Below, in pieces: positions 38,594-51,746 of a stretch of 64,000 nucleotides of DNA. Under the pieces are notes generated by a model. It ran no database searches. It saw only the letters and a program-made list of their open reading frames with translations, and had not been told where the DNA came from. A program made the position numbers and the translations under genes. Within the stretch, counting starts at the first letter, position 1. Each line of letters starts with the position of its first letter. The stretch is from Octopus vulgaris (lineage: Eukaryota), in assembly GCA_951406725.2 (NCBI GenBank), contig OX597818.1:84754001-84818000 (forward strand), in the 5' to 3' direction.

Positions 38594-41229
38594 AAACACA
38601 CATACACATACATATAATGATGGGAAGAAAAGACCCAAAGTAGCCACTGACATGATTTTGGCTAGCAATGACGAAGAAAGGTTCACAAACGATCATATAA
38701 AGTAAAGTCCTTCATTTAATGAAACTCTCTTCACTGCATCTATGCAAATCACAATTTGAGATCCAAATGAACCAAGGTGACAGACTCACTTTTGTCCGCC
38801 CGGTTTGAAACAACAAACAATTCTTCCCCTCCCAAGCACGGTCTACATTTAAATAGGGAATGACATATTGGTTAATGCAATATATATATCTTTTTTCATT
38901 GTTTCACTTGTTTCAGTCATTTATGACTGCAACCATGCTAAAGCAACGCCTTAAAGGGATTTTTAATCGAAGAAATCGACCTCAGGGCCTTTTCTTTCTA
39001 AGCCTAGTACTATTCTACCGATCTCTTTTGCCGAACCGTTAAGTTAAGGGGGCGTATAAAACATCAACATCGTTTGTCAAGCGATGGCAGTTGACTTTGC
39101 TTTTCACCTTTTCATCGAGGTCAATAAAAAAATAAGTACTAGTTGAATACTGTGTTCGATGTAATCGACTTACCCACTTCTCGATATCACTGGCCTTGTG
39201 CCAAAATGTGAACAATATCAACCTTAATTGTATTATTTTAGCAATCAAGAAGATATATATATGAATGTCAAATGTGGTGGAATTTGAACTCAGTTTGGCA
39301 AAGATCGTAACTGAATACCACAAATTCTCTCCAGCGCTCTAGCGATTCTGCCACAAACTGCTTTCGGCAGAATTAATGTGGGGTTCCATTTATAAACAGA
39401 AGCAAATGTATTTTGTGGAGAATTTATGCAGGGAGGGCAGAAAGTAATGTAGGTTTCGGCATGATTTGAACTCAAAATTCAAAGGTGCTCGAGTGAATAT
39501 CAGAAGGAAACTAAGTCCGTCACCTACCGTTTTAGCCACTCATCAGATTTTAAAAACAATTTCTAATTTAAGCAAAAGCAAAGAAAAAAAATAATAATAA
39601 CAAGTACAGTCAGAAGGAAGTGTTAATTAAATTGACCCCAATATTTGATTGGTATTTTTTCATTTCATCGATCATGAAAGGATGAAAGGCAAATTCGACC
39701 TCTATTGGAATTTAATGTTAAAATGTAACAATATACTTCAAGTCATTTTGTCCCTCTATCTCTCTATCCCCCTCTCTCTCTCTCCAGCTCTCTTTCTCCC
39801 CCTCTATTTCTCTCTCTCTCCCTCTCTCTCTCTCTCTCTTTGCGAATCTGTCATTGATCGACCTCTACAGCAGAAAAACTAATGTCATCAAATATAGGAC
39901 AATGCACAGTTTTTAAAGATGGGACATGTACTCGTCTATTCCAATCTCAGTACTTGATTTGTTGGTATTGAAACATGCTAGTTCCCTAGAGGTGAGTGCA
40001 TTCAGTGGTTGCGGCCGATGGTTATTCTACTTGTCAATAAGAATCCGAACGTTGCAAAATTCAAATTTTTTTATGTATTGCTGATGTTTTTCCGTTCACA
40101 AAACACAAGATCTTTGAACGCAAATATTCAATTTGCGAATCTGAGCACGGCTGTATTTGCACCATCTTTTCTAATATCAATATTGCTCCTGTTGCCACCA
40201 GCTGAAAAGATAGACACAGTGAAAAGGTGGAAAGAACAGAAAGGACGGTCTAAACGAATCTACAGCTAACGAAAATGCTTCTGTCTCGGACCAAATATAC
40301 CGCTTTTGTACCTTGGAAGTTTATTTTCGTCCGAAGATGATGAAGAAGAGCGGCATGCTCTCAGGTGGCAATGTAAACTAATCCTTCATGCTGCGGGGCT
40401 CATCTTCTCACCTCTGCTAAGTAGTTTTAAAGTGAGGGTCACTCTCTGCAAACCGATAACACACTTTAAACTTGGAGGTCTGACAACAGTAGCTCAGTGG
40501 GGAAGGATCATTGTGGCGACCAGCAAGCTTAAGGTTTTACATAGGAATGGACTTCTAATATGTGAATTACCTTACGAGGCTGGACAGTTCCAACTACCTT
40601 GAGATGAGATTGCCAGACGAAAGGGTGTCAAAGAGGGTGCCGAGCCACCTGAAGGACTCTATTTCTTGATTTGCAGTCGAGGTTGACTTACCTAACCTTT
40701 TCCTTTATCAAAACCTTACATTGCAATGAGAGTTTAAGCTTAGAATTTCTTCCATAATATGCTAGCTAACCCATATCTGGGAACCTGATAGGTTCCACTA
40801 CTTCGGTCAGAGTAACCCCATGAAACAACAAAGTCCACACTCCTTAAAATCCGGTTATTACCGAACCAGGGCCCTACAACCAAATGCAGTTTAAAGTTAC
40901 ACCTAAGACATATCTTGTTAATGGAAATTCTAAGGTGTCGCAATATCACTCCCGTTGCCATTGACTGAAATCCTGGAGAACTTTTAGGGATTCAGAAAAT
41001 CTAAACGGCGCCTCTGCGTGGTTTTTTTCAGCGTGTAGGGGTTGTTTCAAACCAATTTCTGCAGTATTTCGCAGTGAGATCATTTGGTCCAGTGGTAGGG
41101 AGTGCAAGCTGACTGAAGGTAATAATCTATTATAACTATGACAAACGAAGAATAATTTTTAAAATTAAAAACAGAAGAGATCAAACATATAGATACACAC
41201 GCATGCGTATATATGTGGATATGTCTATA

Positions 41230-41427
41230 CAGGGTGACCCAAAATTAGCTGATGGGTTTCAATTTTTAATAGTTTCCTTAAATTTACAAATAAATGCATG
41301 AAATTTTGATACAATATAAAGGACATAATTTGTTCCTTCTATTGTATCAAAATTTCATTCATTTTTTGCGTAAAGTTAAGGAAATTATTAAAAATTGAAA
41401 CCCTTAAGTGACTTGTGGGAGACCCTG
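41230..41427. mobile_element. Tc1/mariner-type MITE
   Basis: TA|CAGGGTGACCC ... GGGAGACCCTG|TA with ~85-bp imperfect inverted arms. Confidence 0.85.
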
Positions 41428-41522
41428 TATAAGTATATTTGTATAAATTATATACATACTTGCAAACATTTATACACACACACATATACATACATACATT
41501 TATATATATATATATATATAAA

Positions 41523-41569
<47 letters not shown>

Positions 41570-41710
41570 TGCAGGCGTGGCTGTGCGGTAAGAAGCTTGC
41601 TTTCCGACCACGTAGCACCTTGGGCAAGTGTCTTTTGCTATAGCCTCGGGCTGACTAAAACCTTGTAGTGGATTTGGTAGAAAAAAGTGAAATAAATCCA
41701 TCGTGTATGT
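41570..41710 (+). mobile_element. SINE family A, 5' part
   Basis: GCAGGCGTGGCTGTGCGGTAAGAAGCTTGC...CACCTTGGGCAAGTGTC. Confidence 0.8.
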
Positions 41711-41915
41711 GTGCGTGTGCACGCGTGTATGTGTGTGTGTATGTATAATTAAAATTCGATTGAATCAGGTGCTTAAATTAAAGCACCGTGTTAGGTCGAT
41801 CTAAACAATATCAGGTGAAAATCAAACTCTGTGCACAAGTGTTTATCCTTCAAGGTGGTGCCCCATCATGACCGCAATCTAATGATTGAAGCAAGTAAAA
41901 GATAAAAGATAAAAG

Positions 41916-41948
<33 letters not shown>

Positions 41949-41998
41949 TGTATGTATGTATGTATGCATTTATAGCTATCGGTTTGCCTGCATGCACG

Positions 41999-42044
<46 letters not shown>

Positions 42045-42128
42045 GATAGATAGATACATACATACATACATACATACATACATACATACATACATACATA
42101 CATACATACATACATACATGCATTTATA

Positions 42129-42998
42129 CAGGGTGCGAAGGGTAAATTGTCGCCATTTTATATTTTCAATTCTGCGCATATCGATTGTTGGTATTTGATT
42201 TTGTTGACTACACAGTATAGTAGGATCAGTTAGGCACCATGACGCAATTCGCCATGACGCAGCACCATGACGCAATTCACTCTACCAGAAATTTGAAAAC
42301 GACATGCTGTACTGCTTGGCATTCGCACCGGAAGCTCCAATACGAACCTTTCAGAGTGTCTGGGTGTCAATTTAATGACAGTGCAACCTGAGGACTTATA
42401 CAGAGAGTGATAAAAATTAAACATCCAGTCAACGAAATGGTGTTTGGAGTGATCACTAGTGATGGCGACGTTATGCCTCCATCTATCTTCCCACACGGCC
42501 TCAAACTCAACACGAAGACCTACATCAAGTGCCTGGAGGAGATAGTGCTGCACTGGGTTAGAGGGTGGCTGCTGGAAGATCATATGTCTGGCAACAGGAC
42601 TCCGCGCCATGCCGCACAAGCAGGAGAAACCAGTCAGGGCTGTCAAACATCACCCCTAACATCTGGCTTCCTAACTCCGACAGGAACCCCCTTGATTATT
42701 TTGTGTGGGGCACAGTTGAGCGAGAGACTAGCAAAACGCCTCGTAACTCCAAAGATGAACTGAAGGCAAGGATTATGGCAGCCTTCAACAACTTAAACAA
42801 AGAAACGGTCCAGAAGAAGTGCAAGAGATTACGAAGTCATCTGGAGGCTGTGGTTGAAGCCAACGGCAATTTTATTGAAATTATTTACTCTTTAGTATTT
42901 TAAGATATTTTATGTAATTTTGGTAACTGTTAAAATGAGATGCCAGTGTTATTTTCAGTTCTGCGTAATTTTGACAACAGTTTATTCACCGCACCCTG
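42129..42998 (+). mobile_element. Internally deleted Tc1/mariner element, maT/DD37D-like
   Basis: TIRs CAGGGTGCG...CGCACCCTG; KHPVNEMVFGVITSDG, WQQDSAPC, WLPNSDRNPLDYFVW, LEAVVEANGNFIE motifs with frameshifts. Confidence 0.85.
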
Positions 42999-43289
42999 AA
43001 ATTTATAGAGGAATTTATAGAGAACGAATAAAAGTTTCTTCTAAGAAAACAACTGTAGACTTGATTTTTTTTAAAGAAGTCCGTCTACGAGTGTTTGTGA
43101 ATCGGTGATCGCATCAACGAGTGGTGTGCGCGAGTCAAGTGCGAGTGAAAGTGATCCAGGAAGCGATTACAATATTAATATATTTTTGTTATAAATTATC
43201 TTGACATTCTTTTTACTGTAAATAAAATATTCTTTACATTCTACTGTTTTATTACCATTTATTTACGAGTATTATAAATTTTTTAGGTA

Positions 43290-43417
43290 AAATATTTTTC
43301 TGGGAACGAATTACGATTTATAGCATTGCTGCTATGGGAAATTGTTGCTCTGTTTTACGAGTTTTCGCCTGATGAGCTGTCTCCTGGAACAAACTAACTC
43401 GGATATTGAGGCTTTAC
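43290..43417. mobile_element. Tigger/pogo-like terminal relic
   Basis: GGAACGAATTA...CTATGGGAAA...TTACGAGTTTTCG...GGAACAAACTAACTCG..GAGG pattern. Confidence 0.45.
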
Positions 43418-44224
43418 GATATATACGTGTATAACTACACACATATGCACACATTCATTGAATTTTCTTGCTGTGACGTAATACCTTCAAAACTTTCTCC
43501 CAACTTTCTCCGTTTCTTTCTTACTATGAACACACGCTCTCTCTCTCTCTCTCTCTCCCTCTCTCTCTCTCTCTCCCTCTCTATCTCTCTCTCTCTCTAT
43601 CTATCTATCTCTTTCTCTCGCCCTTTCTCTCCCTCTCTGCTGCTGCTCTCGCTCTCTCTTTCTCTTTCTATCTCCCTTCCACTTTCTTTCTCCCACTCTT
43701 ACAATCAATCACTCGTTCACTCTACCTGTTCTCGCTTCCAAAAGCCAGACATGCTAAAGTATCCATCACTAGCAGATGACTTTTCGCAATCTCTGATCTC
43801 GGAATTGTCTGGAGGTGCGCAATGTAATGTAAGTGAATATGAAACAGTAGCAAATGTTATCATAATTTAGCTCGAGAACCATTGATATCATAAGATGCAA
43901 CAAGACTGTCTCGACTAAGAGATAACTATGAAATGACAAAATAGACGTGTTTGCATGCGTGAAAGGGAGAGGTGAAAAGAGCAGTAGATAGAGTAGAATA
44001 ACAAATGGCTTTATAATATAACAATAATATAGAATGTGTCAGTTGAGTTATATATAGCTTCCAAACATGACCTCTCAGATTATTATAACTGTAATAACAA
44101 TAAGAGCTACAGCAAGTAATGAAGAAACCTCTAGGTGGTCATTTTGCTTACTAGAAATAGAAGCTGAACTTTGTTCAGATAACTCACTGTCATTCTAAAA
44201 TTAAAAGACGAGTTCTTAACCACA

Positions 44225-44385
44225 GCGTGTTTGTGCGCCTAAGACGTTTGCTTCCCAACTATGTGGTCTTGGGTTCAGTCCCACTGCGTGGCACCTAGTA
44301 CAATTGCTTTCTTCCATAACCCCAGGCAGACCAAAGCCTTGTGAGTGGATTTGGTAAGCGGAGACTGAAAGAAGCCCGTTGTATA
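44225..44385 (+). mobile_element. SINE family A, 5' part
   Basis: GGGTTCAGTCCCACTGCGTGGCACC...AAAGCCTTGTGAGTGGATTTGGTAAG. Confidence 0.8.
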
Positions 44386-44387
44386 TG

Positions 44388-44443
<56 letters not shown>

Positions 44444-44449
44444 GCTAGA

Positions 44450-45320
44450 GTGTCAAGCACCCCACCACCATCACCGTCAACAAAGACATGCTGGAGGTAG
44501 TCCATGAAGTCACCTACTTCAGCTCTATCATCGCTGATGTCCTTTCCCTGGACTCTGCGATTAGCAGGCGAATTGGACGCGTATCCTTCACATTTGTCAG
44601 GCTCACAAAGAGAGCCTGAGAAAAACAGAAAACTGGTCACAAGCACCAAGATTACTGGCTTAAAGATGAGTGTCCTCAGCACACTATTTTATGGTAGTGC
44701 GACATGAAGCCTCTACTCCAGACAGAAGCGGTGTTTCAACGCCTTCAACCTTCGTAATTTGAGATGCATCTTAAGTAGACCGACAGTATCACCAACACCG
44801 AAGTCCTAAGCCGCACCAAGATACCCACTATATTCACCCTGATCCAGAAACGCCGAAGAGCTGGCTAGGTCATGTACACCGCATGCCGGACGGGGGGATC
44901 CCAAAAGACCTCCTGTATGAGGAATTGGCCATCAACACAAGAGCACGAGGACGAACTCATCTTCGTTTCGAGGACGTCTGCAAGAATGATATGAAGTCAA
45001 TAGATCTGGAAGTCCTGAGTGGGAGGTGGACGAATATGATCACCCACGCTGGAGACAAATACTGCGAAAGGAGATGAAGCGAGGGTAAGAGAAAACAGGG
45101 TTTTGCCACCAAAGAAATGCGCCCTCGACGTAAGGAAAAAGACAGTAGTACCGGTAGAAACCTCCTTCAAATGCAGTTGCAGCTGCAGAGTTCCTTCAAA
45201 TGAAGGTGCACTTGTTCCCCTGTGGGCCTCTATAGCCAGAGCAAATACTGTACCACCATCAACCTAGCACAATTTCTCCGGGCGCAGATTCACGGTCTCT
45301 CGAGACCGATGGACACCTAC
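44450..45320 (+). pseudogene. RTE-BovB-like LINE 3' fragment, degenerate
   Basis: VLSTLFYGSAT, MPDGGIPKDLLYEELAINTRARGRTHLRFEDVCKNDMK; RTE-type 3' end GGTCTCTCGAGACC hairpin. Confidence 0.85.
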
Positions 45321-45334
45321 TGTATATATATATA

Positions 45335-46032
45335 TTGGTTGGCATCCTTTCTGTCTCGGGAGACAATGGAGTTGCGCATAAAGTAGTCTAGTCCGGCTTT
45401 TATATTTCATGTCGTGATACATTTCCTGCTGTGGCTGTGTAGTCCTATCCTGGACAAACACTCCCTCTGGCAGGTACCGCAAATGTAGCGAAGACTGTTC
45501 CTGGCTGGTTGTAATGCCATAGTCTCTTGTTGACGTCTCTTCTTTTCTTTCCATTTCTCTCTCTCTCTCTGTCACTCCTTTGTATTCCCTCTTTTACGGT
45601 ACGTCGCCATTCTCCACGGTTGCCGGCAACTGCCTCCCAACCGCTAATATTGATGTTGCAGGCCTTCATGTCCCTTTTGCAAACATCCTTGTAACGTAAG
45701 ATCGGTCTACCCACAGACCTAGTACCCCTAGCAAGCTCTCCGTAGAGTATGTCCTTGGGGATTCTGCCATCTTTCATACGGCTAACATGCCCAAGCCATC
45801 TCATACGTCTTTGTGTGAGGAGTGCAAACATACTTGGTATTCCTGCTTGCCTGAGGACATCTTTGTTGGGGATATGCCATTTGATGCGGAGGATTTTTCG
45901 GAGGCAGCGCAGGTGAAAGATGTTTAGGCGACGCTCTTGGCGTGTGTATAGCGTCCAGGTCTCACTTCCATACAGTAGAGTGCTGAGTACACATGCCTGG
46001 TAGATCTTCATTTTCGTGGTCTTGGTCAGCAC
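45335..46032 (-). pseudogene. RTE-BovB-like LINE 3' end
   Basis: YQACVLSTLLYGSETW...RMRWLGHVSRMKDGRIPKDILYGEL...YKDVCKRDMK. Confidence 0.92.
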
Positions 46033-46343
46033 CAGGCAAGCAAGTAAAAGTCAAGAAAACACCAGTTCTGCGGTTGGCAAACTGGAATGTCAGGACCATG
46101 TGTCCTGGAATATCTGATGATCTTCTTAGGATTGAAGACACAAGGAAAACGTCCATCATTGACCGTGAACTAAAGAGGCTCAACATAGATATTGCTGGGC
46201 TGCAGGAGACAAGACTTCCCTCAAACGGCAAACTCAAAGAGCAGGATTTCACCTTCTTTTGGCAGGGAAGCGATCCAGAAGAACCTCGTCAACATGGCGT
46301 TGGATTTGCAGTGAGAAACTCACTACTCTCTTCAATAGAACCA
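46028..46343 (+). pseudogene. RTE LINE N-terminal APE endonuclease fragment, inverted relative to the adjoining 3' end
   Basis: LANWNVRTM...RELKRLNIDIAGLQETRL...TFFWQG...HGVGFAV. Confidence 0.92.
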
Positions 46344-46362
46344 TATATATATATATATATAT

Positions 46363-46552
46363 AGGGAGAGAATTCACAAAAAAAAACAAAAGACAGGTGG
46401 TGTAGACAACAAACAGATGTATTAGTATTATGCTCGGGAAGTGAAAAAGTCTTTAACGTTTCGAGCCTACGCTCTTCCACAGAAAGGAACACAGAAAGAA
46501 ACAAAGAGGGAAAATAAAGATTGTGTAGTGGCTAGCGATCTATCATGGCGAA
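46363..46552 (-). mobile_element. (TA)n-anchored PLE-terminus-like repeat with variant hammerhead (46451-46486)
   Basis: Minus strand CTTT-CTGTGGA-A-GAGC gtag GCTC-GAAA-CG-TT-AAAG; same family as 30038-30232. Confidence 0.7.
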
Positions 46553-47177
46553 TGCCAGTGGGGGTGTCTGTCTGTATGCATGTATGTATGTGTCGGTGTC
46601 TGTGTGTGTGCGCGCGTGTGTGTACTTGTCCTTACCAGCGCTTGACAGCTGGTGTATTTACATCCTCGTAAAATAACTGTGAGACAATAGAGGCCAACAG
46701 AACAAGTACCTTTTTTTCTTTTTTCAAAAAAGAAAAAATAACAATGTAGTGAGGTTGATTTGTTCGACTAACATTTTAAGGTGGTGCTCCGGTATGGCCG
46801 CAGTTTAATGACTAAAACAAGTAAAGAGTAACGGAGAACACCAACACTGAAATCTATAGCAAGCAATGAGTCATTCGACTTGCTAGAAATAGAAGCTGAT
46901 TTTGGTTAGATCACACACTGTCGTTTCACATTAACGAGCACATTGTATAATATAGTTACTTACATAAAAAAGACGAGAAGTCATTGTTGGAAGTGGACTT
47001 TATTGGTGACCTCAGCTACGCTGAACTTGGCTTAAAAAATAACAATTACAAGCAACAACTACAAAAATATATGGTAATACAAATAAACAACAGAATTCGG
47101 AATTGCAAAATAATACAACTACAACACGATATACAGCTGAGACATACCAACATAATCATCATCGTTTTTAGTACATC

Positions 47178-47390
47178 AGGCGGTGAGCTGGCAGAAACGT
47201 TAGCAAGCAAGCCGAAATGCTTAGCGTTATTTCGTCTGTCTTTACGTTCTGAGTTCAAATTCCACCGGGGTTGACTTTGCCTTTTATCCTTTCGGGCTCG
47301 ATAAATCAAGTGACAGTTGCGTACTGGAGTCGATCTAATCGACTGGCCCCCTCCCCCAAAATTTCTGGCCTTGTGCCTGGAGTAGAAAAA
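47178..47390 (+). mobile_element. SINE family B, full length (second degenerate copy at 47430-47580)
   Basis: GGCGGTGAGCTGGCAGAAACGTTAGC...GAGTTCAAATTCCACCGGGGTTGACTTTGCC. Confidence 0.85.
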
Positions 47391-47620
47391 AATAGTTCAC
47401 ACACTGAACAAAGTGCTTCACAGTATTTCATTGATCTTCATGTTCTGAGCTTAAATTCCGCTGCGGTCGACTTTGCTTTTCATCTTTACAGGGTCGATAA
47501 AATAAGTACCCGTTGATCAGTGTGGTCGAGGCTATCGACTTACCTTTCTCCCGAAAATAGTGACCTTGTGCCAAAATTATTATTAGAAATCATTATAAAT
47601 AAAGAAATCATTATTATTAT

Positions 47621-48211
47621 GGATCTTTACAGATTTAAAAAATAATTTTTTGTAACTAAGCACTTTCAAACTTCGGACACTGGTAGAATGTGTCAAATAA
47701 AACATCTTTTACTCTTAGCATTTTTGAGAAAAACTTATATTTACGAAGTTATTTCACGTTAAAGTTCTCGTATTTCGGTAATTTCAACCAATCAATGACG
47801 TGTATTCAGCTGAATAAAATTACTGCTGTTGCTGGTCAACAAGAGCTTCCGGCGGTGTATATTTCGTTTGTCATTGTTATTTATGACAACCCTAACCCTA
47901 AAACCTTAAAACCAGTACAAATGCACGAACGATATCATAAATAACAGTGACAGACGAAAAATACGCCACCGATAGTTGTTGTTGACAAACAATGGCAGTA
48001 ATTTTATTCAGCTGAATACACGTCAATGATTGGTTGAAATTACCGAATTACGAGAACTTTAGCGTGAAATAACTTCGTAAATATAAGTTTCTCTCAAAAA
48101 TGCTAAGAGTAAAAGATGTTTTATATGACACATTCTACCAGTGTCCGAAGTTTGATAATGTTTAGTTACAAAAAATTGTTTTTTAAATCTGTAGGTCAAA
48201 AGGTAAAGATC

Positions 48212-48212
<1 letters not shown>
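47621..48212. mobile_element. Foldback MITE with ~270-bp TIRs and telomere-like core
   Basis: AT|GGATCTTTAC ... GTAAAGATCC|AT; long inverted arms; central AACCCTAACCCTAAAACCTTAAAACC at 47888-47913. Confidence 0.9.
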
Positions 48213-48274
<62 letters not shown>

Positions 48275-48444
48275 ATTCAAATTGCAATGAGCGTAAACAA
48301 ACAAACGAAGTTTGCTTTAGAAGCTTTAAGATGTCTTAGAAAGTTAAAGAAGTGATTATAAATTCTCAAACACAGGATAATGCTAATAATATAGCCTGAA
48401 CAGGATAAGCTACACCTATTTTGCAGAAAAAGTGCTGGGCTATG

Positions 48445-48503
<59 letters not shown>

Positions 48504-48511
48504 CGTTATTG

Positions 48512-48670
48512 AAGGCAGAATCATTGGCATGCTGGAGAAAATGCTTAGCGGTATTTCGCCAGACGCTACGTTCTGAGTTCAAATTCCGCCGGGTTCGACT
48601 TTGCCTTTCATCCCTTCGGGGTAATTAAAATAGGTACCAGTGGGAGTTGAGTTGAGCTCTGGGGTCGACG
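48512..48670 (+). mobile_element. SINE family B
   Basis: GGCAGAATCATTGGC...ATGCTTAGCGGTATTTCG...GAGTTCAAATTCCGCCGGGTTCGACTTTGCC. Confidence 0.8.
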
Positions 48671-48728
48671 TATTGATATTGAAGCTTTATAGGCATAGGA
48701 GTGGCTGTGTTGTAAGTAGCGTGCTTAC

Positions 48729-50791
48729 CTTACTACAGGAGATTTCACATTTTTTATGCTGCTTGGAATTCAGGTCTTTCGACGTGAAAAATTGGACATT
48801 TGAAGCACGACCACAGGTAAAGCATTTGTTTTTTGCGGGGCCTAGTAAAGTATTTTATCCGTATGGTTAAGTTTGTTTTCGAACATGGGTCTCCACTGAG
48901 TTCCAGGCGTTTCTTTGCCAGTGGTCGTACAAAAAGACTCACTTTTTAGTGAGAATTGTGTGTATTTTCGGGAGACGTGTTCGTCCGAAAATTTTTTGGA
49001 ATTCTTTATGACTGTGTTTGTGCACTTTCAAGTGGAGTTTTACCATAAAGGATACGAATACAGCCGGAGATAGACAAAATACCATTTGTGCTGCGAAGGA
49101 CTACCAGTTTGGATTACCAGTAGCAGAATTTTGTTGTGTTGTGTTGCCATTTTGGACTATCTTCCTTCGCTCTTTCTTCTCCTGTCTATCTTTCTGATCT
49201 TTTTTTAGTTTCTTTATAGACTTTCATTTGAACATTTTGATTTTTGTTTATGGATTTATAATTTTTGTTTTGGCTATCAACATAGCAACGGTGAAATCCG
49301 CTTTGGAGTAGCAAATTCTGGCCCCCAAAGAATGGGCGAAAAATTATACGGAGAGAACGGTGGTGTTAAGGACCTATTCCAGGGTCTATGACACCATCAA
49401 GGTCTTCTCTGAGGAAGAAATTGAGGAGGAGTTGACAGATTATCTGCCAACTATTAAGTTTATCCGTAGGGGTGCGAAGTATGGAACTGTGTGTGTACTT
49501 TTTGACACCCCTGCGGAAGCTCATGATTTTGCGAGCACGCCTTTGGAGGGGGGGAAAATTTTGTTTCTCCCTACTTATGGCGGTAGAGAGTTGACAAGAG
49601 CCTGGGTGTGCGGGCTGCCACCCGGTAGAGAGGCCGAATGGATAGAAGACACTATCCGTCGGGGCCTGGGTGGCGGTCCTGCCAGGCTCTTAAATGTAAA
49701 GATGTTGCCTACGGTTGATTGGGTTGGGTCAAATGCAATTTAGACCCTATGGACCCAATCAGCCGATGATCTGGTTTTACCAGATTTTTTAACAATGGCC
49801 GGTTCCAGGTACCCGGTGATCGTTGAGGAACGTCCCCCCAAGATTCGCCTGTGCATGGAATCGGGCCACATAAAGAAGAACTGTCACCGGGATCAGGCAA
49901 AGGTCCTGAAACAGTTAATTGAAAAGGTGTCCCCTGCTCACCCAGTGGAGGAAAAAGTTGAGGAGGAGGTAACCTCCTCGAAAACAATGGGGAAGAAAAG
50001 AAAGCAGGAGGACAACAATGGTTGCCCACCGATGGATCCTGGGACGGCGGGGGTGAGGGAGGGTACTCCGGAGATGTCGGAGAAACTCCATCCTCCCGTC
50101 TTAAAGAAAAAAGAAAAACGGGGCATCGCCGACGACGGCATGTCCCAAAACCCCTTCGGTAGTATGTGTGCAATCGGGTGGGGGTGGGGGAGAAGATAAT
50201 CTCGTCAGTGGGATATGTACCCCCGAGCGAGGGAGTTGAGGCCCCTTCCAGTGAAAGTGGGGAAGATTATGTTCTGCTATCTCAGGGGAGGAGCTATTGA
50301 CAGTTTCGTGGAGAATGATATGGATAGTCGGGTCCTGAGGGAACCGAATTGTATTGACAGCCCAGAGTGGCCTTCGCAGGTGCTGGAGGGAAAGTACTGT
50401 GATCTGATATCTGACTCGTGTGAAAACGAGAATTATAGAATTCTTTTTTGGGGTCCCAGATTTCGGTTGCAGCAATGCCTGCAAGTTGCAAGAAATTTAC
50501 TCGGGGAAGAATTGTAGAGGTTTATCGTCTCCAATTTGTGTATAAATTGTATTTTATAATTGTATGGAATTTTTAGTCCAAATGCATTGTATTTTAAATT
50601 GTAAGATGGTTAATACATCTGCATATGCGCTTTTAAAGAACAATGTTTTAGAGAAGCAGAGGGTCGGCGGGCGCTTTCTGTCTTATCTCAACTTTATCAT
50701 TTTTGGATCATCATCATTCACCTCATCAATGTCTATGTCCAGGCCGCAAGCTACTCTTTGTAATGCCTTTATGGCAAATCTTAATGAAATA
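48729..50791 (+). mobile_element. ORF1-only non-LTR retroelement (HAL1-like) inserted into a SINE head
   Basis: TSD AAGTAGCGTGCTTAC 48714-48728 / AAGTAGCTTGCTTAC 50792-50806 (14/15); the SINE resumes at the duplication. Confidence 0.8.
49330..50517 (+). pseudogene. Disrupted ORF1/gag-like protein, degenerate zinc knuckle
   Basis: FIRRGAKYGTVCVLF, LPTYGGR and YPVIVEERPPKIRLCMESGHIKKNC are homologous to the ORF at 7450-8825. Confidence 0.75.
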
Positions 50792-51170
50792 AAGTAGCTT
50801 GCTTACGAACTACATGGTTCCGGTTTCAGTCCCACTGCGTGGCACCTTGGGCAAGTGTCTTCTACTATAGCCTCGGGCTGACCAAAGCCTTGTGAGTGGA
50901 TTTGGTAGACGGAAACTGAAAGAAGCCCGTCGTATATGTGTATATGTATATGTATGTATGTGTATATGTTTGTGTGTCTGTGTTTGTCCTCCCAACATTG
51001 CTTGACAACCGATGCTGCTGTGTTTACGTCCCCGTAACATAGCGTTTAGGCAAAAGAGCCCGATAGAATAAGTACTGAGTTTACAAAAAATAAGTCCTGG
51101 GGTCGATTTGATCGACTAAAGGCGGTGCTCCAGCATGGCCACGGTCAAATGACTGAAACAAGTAAAAGAG
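50792..51170 (+). mobile_element. SINE family A (5' stub at 48690-48728)
   Basis: Full body and tail; head split by the insertion. Confidence 0.9.
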
Positions 51171-51436
51171 TAATGTATTTCCTATTCTGTAGTGAAACAT
51201 GGAATTTAAAGATGTATCAAATCTTCCATTTTTTCTTTTTTTTTTTTTTTTCTTTTCAAATACTCCGCAAATATGATTCACCGGAACTTTCAACTAATAT
51301 GTATGCTTCATTCAAAAGAAGAAAAAAAACGTACATAAAGTTGTTTACTGGAACAGGCAGATGTGCTTCACGAAGCCACAGCTTGGATTCTGACCCCTAG
51401 TATAAGCTCCATATATACATATATACATATATACAC

Positions 51437-51467
<31 letters not shown>

Positions 51468-51489
51468 AGTCTATATATGTATATATATG

Positions 51490-51530
<41 letters not shown>

Positions 51531-51573
51531 CTGTGTGTGTGTGTGTATACACACACACACATACATTTACACG

Positions 51574-51624
<51 letters not shown>

Positions 51625-51711
51625 CCCTTTTTCCTGAGCGCCTAATAATACTTTAATTGTTCCACCTCTTTGCGTTGTTGTCTTTTTTGTTTTCTTGTTT
51701 GGATTAACTTT

Positions 51712-51746
<35 letters not shown>

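Noticed and set aside
43369-43400. CTGATGA as a hammerhead core
   Set aside because: No GAAA or stems follow; lies within a Tigger-like end
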